A DNA stretch of 33,465 bases from a virus (IMGVR_UViG_3300047275_000519:1-33465), one strand, 5' to 3'. Shown: positions 27,401-32,163, counted from the first letter of the stretch. Program-made: numbers and translations. The notes: a model not told the origin generated them from the letters alone.

Positions 27401-29686
27401 GTCCGCCTCCACTCGAGCGGTAGTAACCATTCGGTCGCGGGCCTCGCGCCTAAGCGCCTTCGCCTCTTGAACGCCTTGGTACTTTGCAATGCGCTCTGGC
27501 TCTGTGTCGTCTGGTCGGATCTTTCGAATGTCCAGGTGGAACTGCTTGGCGTCTGGGTTCCAGCGCTTGTGCTCGCGCACTGCGTGCCCTGAGCCGCCGT
27601 CGTTTGGGCCATTAGGGGTTGGGTCAAACGAAAGAGTAATCATGCCGCTAGTTGCATCCTGAGCAATCCAGCGGTTGCGTGCGATAAACGAGCTGATCTC
27701 TGTGTTGCTGCTGCGCGTCGGGCTGGCGCCGTTGCCAAATGTGACTACTGCACCCTTGTCAATAGCCTGCTGCAGCTGCGCAATAGTGTCTCCAGGCTGC
27801 AGGCCAAGGGCTGTTGCAAACTGGTCGTGGTAAAGGTTTGCCGTGCTACCAGATGTCATGAACCCGCCATTGTCGAACTGCATGCGTGGCGCCTCTCCAG
27901 GCACTTCCTTCATCATCAGCTCGCCAGGAAGGTGCAGAACAAGGCCGCCGACTTTACCGTCGAGGAATAGCTGCACGGCTACGTGGTCAGCCCAGGCAGC
28001 GCCGCCGGAAATCAGTACGTCTGTCGGTCGCACGGTGCGGCTAACGCGCTCCACCATGGCGCTAAAGTCATCTGCTACCAGTCGTGCGCCGGCCTCCTGT
28101 CGTCCGGATGTGCCAACTACGGCAAGGTAGCGCTCGCCCTGTGGGAGAGTGTAGGACGGGCGGTCTGGCCAGCGTGTGCTTGTCGCCTTGTCGCTGACGA
28201 ACTCTGTCTTCTTGCCCTTACCCTTCTTTGGGGCCGCCGGTTCCATAGCGCTCGGCGCCGTTGTCATTTTTTCAGGGGCTGCTCCACCCTTGATCTTGTT
28301 GTATGCGTCGATCCACATCTTGATAGTCTTAGATCCTGAGCCCTTGCCCTCCCAGTCAGGCTTGCCGGTGCCCTCGTGTGTCGAGGCCTCTAGGAAGTCT
28401 ACGCCACCATACTTGTCAATCATGGCTACAATCTCTGGGTACTTGGCGTATTTGGCCTCAATCAGCCTCTGCAGCATAGCTTCGTCTGCGGCGCTGTCGC
28501 CAGTTTTGTTCCCTTGGTACCACGACTCGATGTCCTGATAGGGCTTGCCCTGGTATCCCTTAGGCGGATTCGGCTTCCTGCCAATGGCAGCTGCTGCCTC
28601 CTCCTCGGTTAGTGGGAACCTGCCAAATGTTGCGTTTGTGATAGCGCCCATGTCAGCAAGTACCTCTGGGCTATACCCGCGGCCCCTGTTTCTAGAGCTA
28701 GATACGATGTTGTACCCCTCGACTTGCTTACCAGATTCGACGGGGGTCGTCGCCGTTGTTAGTTTTTGGAGGGTCTGGTCCCCCACCGCAGGAGCCTCTG
28801 GGAGGCCGATTTCCGCCACGCTGGGCTTCGTTTCTGGGGTCCCTGGTGTCTTAGCACCCCCCACCGCATCAGCGATGCTCACGGACGTGTCTGTAGGCTT
28901 GATTACCTCTGACGCCTGGGTGGGCTTAATGTCGGTGGCCCCGTAGATCCTCTTGCCGTAGGCCCTTGCCTCGTAGCCTTCTGAGGCGGCCAGCTCCGCG
29001 ATGGGGCGATTGGTCGTCTCTCCGGTAGCGCGGTTGAGCAGGACGGCCTGCCCGTCTGCCGTGCGCCCCTGGATTCGGTAGTTTCCCTTGACGCGGATGA
29101 CCGCCACGGCCTTCCCGTCCTTCGTCATGACTAGCATCTCGCCAGGCTTGTACTCGTAGTCGTATTCGCGGCTAGTCGCCGTGCGCGTGCCCTTGATTAC
29201 CTTTGCCGCGTTGCTGGTCTTGTCTCCGGGTACCGCCGGTGGCAGGGCTCCCCTCTCGCCAGCTGTGTAGTCCATGGCCATACGCTTCAGCTTGCGCCCT
29301 TGGGTCAGCTCCTCTACCTGCTTGACTGCCTCTGGGTTTGAGAGGTCAGCTACGAGCTCGTACTCTAGGAAGCTCTTGTACCCGGTTGTTACCGGCAGGA
29401 CGTCGGCTGGGGCCTCTGGGGCAGCAGCGGGCAAAGAAGTACCCCCAGCTGCCGGAGCGGAGGGGGCGGCAGCAGCTGGGGGTGTAGTGGCCGGTGCCTG
29501 GGCGGCAGCCTGGGAAGGAACAGGCTTGGGTTCGGCCATAGCTGGTTTAGCCGGGGCCTCTGGGGCTTCCGGCTGCGGGACGTCGAACTCGGGCATGGAC
29601 GACTGGACCTGCTGCTTGATCATCTCAAGCTTGGCCAGGATGTCCTGCGGGTCTAGTGGGCCTGGGCGCTTCTTCTGTTCTGCCAT
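21401..29686 (-). CDS. Giant polyvalent protein: ASCH-like, NADAR-like and SLOG-like domains, long unassigned middle, C-terminal Gly-rich TM-like segments
   Basis: 2761 aa. About 29290-28960 KVIKGTRTATSR...PGEMLVM...AASEG (ASCH). About 28720-28285 YQDIESWYQGNK...MLQRLIEAKYAKYPEI...DWEG (NADAR). About 28135-27520 LAVVGTSGR...LISGGAAWADHVAV...ARNRWIA...GGSGHA (SLOG). About 21930-21560 Gly-zipper hydrophobic helices. Confidence 0.75.
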   Translation of the reverse strand: MAEQKKRPGPLDPQDILAKLEMIKQQVQSSMPEFDVPQPEAPEAPAKPAMAEPKPVPSQAAAQAPATTPPAAAAPSAPAAGGTSLPAAAPEAPADVLPVTTGYKSFLEYELVADLSNPEAVKQVEELTQGRKLKRMAMDYTAGERGALPPAVPGDKTSNAAKVIKGTRTATSREYDYEYKPGEMLVMTKDGKAVAVIRVKGNYRIQGRTADGQAVLLNRATGETTNRPIAELAASEGYEARAYGKRIYGATDIKPTQASEVIKPTDTSVSIADAVGGAKTPGTPETKPSVAEIGLPEAPAVGDQTLQKLTTATTPVESGKQVEGYNIVSSSRNRGRGYSPEVLADMGAITNATFGRFPLTEEEAAAAIGRKPNPPKGYQGKPYQDIESWYQGNKTGDSAADEAMLQRLIEAKYAKYPEIVAMIDKYGGVDFLEASTHEGTGKPDWEGKGSGSKTIKMWIDAYNKIKGGAAPEKMTTAPSAMEPAAPKKGKGKKTEFVSDKATSTRWPDRPSYTLPQGERYLAVVGTSGRQEAGARLVADDFSAMVERVSRTVRPTDVLISGGAAWADHVAVQLFLDGKVGGLVLHLPGELMMKEVPGEAPRMQFDNGGFMTSGSTANLYHDQFATALGLQPGDTIAQLQQAIDKGAVVTFGNGASPTRSSNTEISSFIARNRWIAQDATSGMITLSFDPTPNGPNDGGSGHAVREHKRWNPDAKQFHLDIRKIRPDDTEPERIAKYQGVQEAKALRREARDRMVTTARVEADSMSQMDKLQSQIQGTSGEYGGQARARRTITAIRQGKLLEIAKRAILPEHILASAAQIQGLGETFDVGMSNQEYDAIFPEDGSKPRIPNPFWESSRVKNGKIETTFGLTPDANVEAGLSMLRHDGLFKAFWKGVGPEANLADKVVLQALKALGVPEETFAGDYKYRPRFALNKDPDSKIQKLHDETDLELDRRVESLSKRWAKLRKYADHPDIALPVHTITMLLRGLESDMQSEIVGVDRTKDMAPATAEMQRTRATAGVRAGARTYSPYRRSLFDAEIPGTFVKASSEIMAATEYLANDPIARYLEIKRLTDPEFIEEYWKIKGSPGFEYDVHQETSLYGGTVDTNPGYRRYVMDMDGLVPQGWMDLDERGLVSDEFEGFQNRFSTDGYESIFNSGTNRSRASIAFHVSADPSASINAADRSFANEAKLNKAIKALIGKEVGGLRYGTTDYEAIMDHIMPYTRDSGSVIKTRDGLRGRINKRIVVMSLVTDENSGFGKDLLIGEERIPRQVDANGQFFEIEGRKIYLGDKDNVIIAFFEGDPVVEKIKTDPRLAEDVLTEPFNLGDEVKWPRTVNRSEEGPVQDRYFKLDVDPIVHQTFRHTTPLVRADGRAFQGTYVPAIPEYVTPEPDEYFSLTELLFDDDGNVIEGLTPADIGTIVYEDADGGGERELTAADLDGYEETPKVSLDEHYDKRTGTTYTFDEYGDVTMENGLPTTHVFDDFSYNYLYEDGIRFAISSEVAPGLTVDGVDLIERVLSDEEYDMLRRGQIDLRDVVGDLINTYPYKRGVRVDLEDEYRVINPETGEPFIKKIFRPKLVEKSDYAPSAIPQQVAYAGETGAAVTAKQEQGLPSRLLSDRELDYEALVLEGVAQNHFGQPIRADIVDSTLAQAAATSKAKRETARVRAAGYEPMAEPVSPVLPANEPVPSMDILRETTGDTPLPEAVMAERAEFLADYVWLLRARATDAARMRQADAGNASPLFRELALARTKRLAAATKPGQYRDILFSHAQRVASPAFASIAVNDILRELNDDPLAAEPIVSIFKKVYDSNMREASTREGLFSFDTEEKKAARNVRNAQETLRRLMDMELPTQYPDRPEALTEEGRVALMNEAYANLREAQAKHDAIKAKGDTSTHETARSLAKAIARSLLLERSADPEMAVSIEKIYQQLEEDAQMSEETFQMEADQPAPAEEFEKSKVTVAEVERIMMLPVNERGAAIEQLKKNLVAAKKAAVVDPMAEIRKSQKGVVTKYPDAIEVAKQTLAKAKESLKSAQADLKKAKTQPERYAAQQALETKKRLVSEASARLAYAEKHTTPTPDVVAPKDKPVATDAIQPLGSAIERYIKNATPEQLAELRDETWMMLSQHMAADGDYDSIVKTLDSYLRLGNSNGKSIAQGMNIVFDNDGVLQIPSDLLSYKSEDGAYVHLRPTVKIPNPNLQTAYTRKSVVQDFIPVEEFASFLEENKANLSDEAYSQLVTIMQYVARVNGNPEIDATKKLGFWLGSPEKIGKQNVRRVLVATAPKKGENGQYWASQQEAPTPYNAKGASFDSDYVFNEGVAGRASTVTADAMETTLRELGVSDIFQVVRRGGGLVEGSLAQRQQKDKAQPFDVDMTGNVPMAKEIMSQYATMLAEGEITQQEFDVILKRGLTWDDLLKAIDDPVIEAKGQFGSRFVAYKMFDAAIRARFAQMFEVVLRRAGVDQAAREVAVPQEWRSNNPFEVDPETGGFKLRKLDADLEHAAGPFTLKDANWHKYSWEEEAFRGNPVVKDFISRLRRGNTGINPVEAEQMAAHLEQILEHRQQATLAAEALGTEPLPAVRGKWMPRIGGKATVAGGTIAGTVGAYLLAKSEEEKKMALAGAPVQAGFEVLSRAVGGAPAAAVGLGLTYTQGGDMLRALTGMAGSLAGGFLGGAAGLIGGPVGGFAGGLAGSTAGWMAADTLYSAIAGDHSAPMPANVGQAAPQPQVQMPVSTPQQPQQVQAGQKVDTSTALGQAEMLEGI

Positions 29687-29694
29687 ATTCTCCC

Positions 29695-29772
29695 ACCCTC
29701 TAAGAGGGTATAGACTATCTATTTATAACCTTTAGAACCGGAATCTAAGAGAGTATAACTCTCTAAGAGAGT
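29695..29772. repeat. Two 15-bp palindromes plus a partial copy (operator-like)
   Basis: ACCCTCT-A-AGAGGGT at 29695-29709, ACTCTCT-A-AGAGAGT at 29758-29772, partial TCTAAGAGAGTA at 29744-29755. Confidence 0.75.
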
Positions 29773-29786
29773 AGTTCTATTAGGGT

Positions 29787-29810
29787 TCTATATATATCCA
29801 ACCCTGTCAA
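29787..29810 (-). promoter_or_regulatory. Putative late promoter motif, copy 2
   Basis: TTGACAGGGTTGGATATATATAGA, 100 nt upstream of the first gene of the minus-strand block. Confidence 0.65.
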
Positions 29811-29813
29811 TGC

Positions 29814-29841
29814 CTGACGCACAGTAAGAATTTATTAAGGT
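29814..29841 (+). promoter_or_regulatory. Possible sigma70-type rightward promoter
   Basis: CTGACG-N16-TAAGGT in an AT-rich patch, back-to-back with the late motif; weak match. Confidence 0.3.
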
Positions 29842-29960
29842 TCCTTATCACTGGGGTAGCTCGGTGCCGGAAGGGCCGGTAACCCAACGCAGTAGGCGTA
29901 TCAGCCGAATGCTAGGGGGAGACCCCCCTTAGCAAAAATCGGCTGCTAGGAGAACGGACT

Positions 29961-29976
29961 GGTCTGCCCCCCATAG
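29961..29976 (+). repeat. 16-nt motif copy 1 (GGTCTGCCCCCCATAG)
   Basis: One mismatch to the other three copies. Confidence 0.9.
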
Positions 29977-30056
29977 GGGTAGACCGTGTCCGTGAACCTC
30001 CTACTATCGACGATGGCGAGATGTTCTCTCCTCGTCGAACCGTTGAGGGGGTAGTC

Positions 30057-30072
30057 GGTCTGCCCCCCGTAG
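30057..30072 (+). repeat. 16-nt motif copy 2 (GGTCTGCCCCCCGTAG)
   Basis: Exact copy; ends 33 nt before ATG 30105. Confidence 0.95.
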
Positions 30073-30104
30073 TGCGCGCATCGTCGCGCAGAAAGGAGCC
30101 AACT

Positions 30105-30440
30105 ATGGCTCAGGTCGTTCTCCGAGGCCTCGTTCAGGGGTCTCACGAGCATCCGCTGGCAGCGGAGTTCAAGCGCGAAGGCGCAGCGGATTCGTTCCGC
30201 GCAACCGCCCCCGTAGGCGCAAGCGCGGCAACCTTCGCAGCGGCTCGCATCGAGGAGGTTGATTCGGAAGACCGCGTCATCGGATTCTTCCCAGTCATCG
30301 CTCGCGGTGAGGTCGCAGAACTGCTCCGCCAGTATCAGTGGCAGTTCGTCGAGATTGTTGCCAACGCATCCATCGACCGCAAGGGAGATTGGACGCTCAA
30401 CGCAATGGTCGTCAAGCCCATCGAGGCCGAGGCCAAGTAG
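30105..30440 (+). CDS. Divergent OB-fold / SSB-like protein
   Basis: 111 aa from ATG 30105 (AAAGGAG RBS); FFPVIARGEVAELLRQYQWQFVEIVA resembles the SSB strand-helix-strand segment; no long acidic tail; capsid-like codon bias. Confidence 0.5.
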   Translation: MAQVVLRGLVQGSHEHPLAAEFKREGAADSFRATAPVGASAATFAAARIEEVDSEDRVIGFFPVIARGEVAELLRQYQWQFVEIVANASIDRKGDWTLNAMVVKPIEAEAK

Positions 30441-30452
30441 GTCTCAGGGAAC

Positions 30453-30476
30453 GGGGGGAGCCGCAAGGCTCCCCCC
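30453..30476 (+). terminator. Perfect 10-bp hairpin with GCAA tetraloop, no U-tract
   Basis: GGGGGGAGCC-GCAA-GGCTCCCCCC, 12 nt after the stop codon. Confidence 0.7.
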
Positions 30477-30571
30477 TAGTACCGCCCAACCATCCCGGAT
30501 GCATACCTGGCGATGATGCGCGCAAGCTTGCGTCATAATCATACCTCAGCCTTGATACGATGGCCGCATAC

Positions 30572-30591
30572 TTATCCACATATGTTGATAA
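30572..30591. promoter_or_regulatory. Inverted pair of DnaA-box-like 9-mers
   Basis: TTATCCACA (+, 30572-30580, consensus) and TTATCAACA (-, 30583-30591, one mismatch). Confidence 0.35.
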
Positions 30592-30665
30592 GGGTGGACA
30601 GGTGGCCGGAGCATGAGGGGAGGTAGTGTATTACCGCAGGACTCTCGCTTGCGGGTACCCTCGCT

Positions 30666-30681
30666 GGTCTGCCCCCCGTAG
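30666..30681 (+). repeat. 16-nt motif copy 3
   Basis: Exact copy (19-nt identity with copy 4); ends 39 nt before GTG 30720. Confidence 0.95.
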
Positions 30682-30719
30682 CATGTCGGTTACATGCACA
30701 GTTGTAAAGGAGTTGACAA

Positions 30720-30905
30720 GTGGAATGCCTATGGTGTGAGAATATAATTCAAGGCAGAGGAGTAAACGAAGACTTCTGCTCAATCAAATGTAGGGATGAA
30801 GCAAGTCAAGAGTACGAAATATACCTCGACAAGTTTAATGATTATATGGCAGGTTATCCAGTAACATTTGAAAAGATTAAGCGTAAGAAGAAGGAGGAGC
30901 AATGA
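30720..30905 (+). CDS. Small Zn-finger protein (CxxC...CSxxC)
   Basis: 61 aa; CLWC...FCSIKC; AAAGGAG RBS, GTG start. Confidence 0.75.
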   Translation: MECLWCENIIQGRGVNEDFCSIKCRDEASQEYEIYLDKFNDYMAGYPVTFEKIKRKKKEEQ

Positions 30906-31132
30906 TTTGCCAAGCCATGGAGGGTAACAGGCTATGTACCTATGATGGTATCCGTACTATCAGAGGTAAGAAGGTACTTTGTATTTTACATATAGACGCA
31001 TTCTTCAGGGGTGAACAGATTAAGTGGGCGCCAAAGCGACTCTTATCATGGGAGGTTGAGCGGCGCGTGGCCGCAGCGGTTGAGCGTGAGCGCATCCGCG
31101 CAATCAATGAGGAGTACTATCGTGGATTGTAA
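30902..31132 (+). CDS. Hypothetical protein (possible C-C-C-H Zn site)
   Basis: 76 aa; AGGAGGAG RBS; ATGA overlap. Confidence 0.7.
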   Translation: MICQAMEGNRLCTYDGIRTIRGKKVLCILHIDAFFRGEQIKWAPKRLLSWEVERRVAAAVERERIRAINEEYYRGL

Positions 31133-31232
31133 CTTTGGTATGTCAAGCTGGTGGACAGGTGCTATCACAGGCATCACCGTAACAATAGCAGCCAAGTATA
31201 TTATGGAGGTAGTCGAGAAATGGATGGAGTAA
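31122..31232 (+). CDS. 36-aa single-TM micro-protein
   Basis: GAGGAG-N7-GTG; MDCNFGMSSWWTGAITGITVTIAAKYIMEVVEKWME; fills the gap between neighbours. Confidence 0.55.
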   Translation: MDCNFGMSSWWTGAITGITVTIAAKYIMEVVEKWME

Positions 31233-31381
31233 TCACAGCAGCAATCGGTTCATTCATAGGTGTATGGGCATTTGTTACATGCCTATGGATTAAAGACCGC
31301 ATCCAGGAAATCCGAACTTATCGCAAGGATAAGTTGGAGTTCAACCTCAGGAACGAGGCCAAGTTCCGCAATGATTTGTAG
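31220..31381 (+). CDS. 53-aa single-TM protein
   Basis: GGAGGT RBS before ATG 31220; VITAAIGSFIGVWAFVTCLWI followed by a basic tail. Confidence 0.65.
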   Translation: MDGVITAAIGSFIGVWAFVTCLWIKDRIQEIRTYRKDKLEFNLRNEAKFRNDL

Positions 31382-31389
31382 GAGGTAGT

Positions 31390-31857
31390 ATGGGTTACGA
31401 TATTTACACAGTGGAGTCCAACGTAGAGTTGGCCGAGTACTTTGCGCGCAAGTATCAGTACGGATATCTCTTCGATATCCCGACCACACTTGAGCAGATG
31501 ACTGGCGAAGAGCCATTCAGTATTCCAGCAGATGCCAAGTTCACAGGTTCTGGACAGGTATACTTCCGGTCCAACATCTGGGGCATGGCACCACTGCGTC
31601 AGTGGATGTATCTTGTATGCAACTATGCTGGCGGTGATGCTGCTAAGTATGATGCATTGCTAACCAAAACAAGCTTCAATGATGGAGAAGTCATTACTCC
31701 TGAAGAGATTCAGATGTTGTTCAATGATATGGATAAGATTAGTGATGACCAAATTGAAAAACTCTTCGAAGAGATGGGAGAGCGGCCGCATCTCTTGACT
31801 GAATGGATTGATTACCTCGAGGTCGCGTCCAAACTAGGCGGTGCCCAGGTTTGGTAA
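31390..31857 (+). CDS. Hypothetical phage protein
   Basis: 155 aa; AGGAGGT RBS; MGYDIY...YFRSNIWGMAPL. Confidence 0.85.
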   Translation: MGYDIYTVESNVELAEYFARKYQYGYLFDIPTTLEQMTGEEPFSIPADAKFTGSGQVYFRSNIWGMAPLRQWMYLVCNYAGGDAAKYDALLTKTSFNDGEVITPEEIQMLFNDMDKISDDQIEKLFEEMGERPHLLTEWIDYLEVASKLGGAQVW

Positions 31858-32033
31858 TGATTCCGTGCCAGGTGCAGGCTGGCTAGTTGGCAGATTGACT
31901 AACTGCCCGAGACGATAAGACCAAAGGCATAGTGCTTGACTAGCAAGGTGGCAATGGTAGTAGGCAAGCGAGAGTTGGAGCCTACCTTCGCAAGAGGATA
32001 AGCGTCACAGATGCGATAGTTCATGCGGTACGA

Positions 32034-32058
32034 GGGGAGAGGTTAGTCACCTCTCCCC
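32034..32058 (+). terminator. Perfect 10-bp hairpin, no U-tract
   Basis: GGGGAGAGGT-TAGTC-ACCTCTCCCC. Confidence 0.55.
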
Positions 32059-32122
32059 ATCGCAACGCAGAAGGAGAACATGCGTACTTGGCGATGGCCT
32101 GGTGCGCTGCGGCGGGTGTGCT

Positions 32123-32138
32123 GGTCTGCCCCCCGTAG
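32123..32138 (+). repeat. 16-nt motif copy 4
   Basis: Exact copy; ends 26 nt before ATG 32164. Confidence 0.95.
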
Positions 32139-32163
32139 TATTATAGAACCAGCAGGAGGTAAC

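Larger units (their letters stand above)
29852..30072 (+). ncRNA. Candidate structured leader/ncRNA 1
   Basis: Consecutive stems: GCCGG/CCGGT, ACGC/GCGT, CAGCCGA/TCGGCTG enclosing GCTAGGGGG/CCCCCTTAGC, ACGGAC/GTCCGT enclosing GGTCTGCCCC/GGGGTAGACC, TCGACGA/TCGTCGA, GGGGGTAG/CTGCCCCC. Confidence 0.45.
30500..30700 (+). ncRNA. Candidate structured leader/ncRNA 2
   Basis: ATGATGC-GC-GCAA-GC-TT-GCGTCAT; TGGCCGC/GTGGCCG enclosing CTTATC/GATAAG; GGGGAGGTAG/CTGCCCCCC enclosing CCGCAGG/CTTGCGG; GCATGT/ACATGC. Several G-U pairs favour the + strand. Confidence 0.45.
31860..32140 (+). ncRNA. Candidate structured ncRNA/leader 3
   Basis: About 300-nt gap with stems GCCAG/CTGGC, GGCAG/CTGCC, CTTG/CAAG, GTAGGC/GCCTAC, CTTC-GCAA-GAGG, GCGTC/GATGC, GGGGAGAGGT/ACCTCTCCCC, CATCGC/GCGATG. 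Confidence 0.45.

Noticed and set aside
6237-29686. Virion RNA polymerase in one of the giant ORFs
   Set aside because: No DxDGD/DFDxD motif in a convincing context (only DADGG, ADGD, DMDGL) and no clear T7-type motifs; not supportable by eye, though not excluded.
29851-29925. tRNA-like start GGGGTAGCTCGG...GGGC
   Set aside because: A D-arm-like pairing exists but there is no anticodon stem, TTCRA T-loop or acceptor stem.
30021-30104. N-terminal extension of the SSB-like ORF (139-aa call)
   Set aside because: No RBS at 30021; the AAAGGAG RBS supports ATG 30105, and the extension crosses the hairpins and motif.
30713-30748. TTGACA ... TATAAT sigma70 promoter
   Set aside because: Spacer is 24 nt and the elements overlap the RBS/start and coding region.
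32000-32063. Group II intron domain V/VI remnant
   Set aside because: Only superficial similarity; no AGC/CGC triad helix of the right geometry and no RT gene.
29961-32138. CRISPR array interpretation of the 16-nt repeats
   Set aside because: Repeats are too short and spacing is irregular (96, 609, 1457 nt) with genes in between; no cas genes.
30057-32138. 16S primer or rRNA contamination as the source of the motif
   Set aside because: Flanks are not rRNA, the match stops at 13 nt, and copies sit at consistent positions before RBSs.
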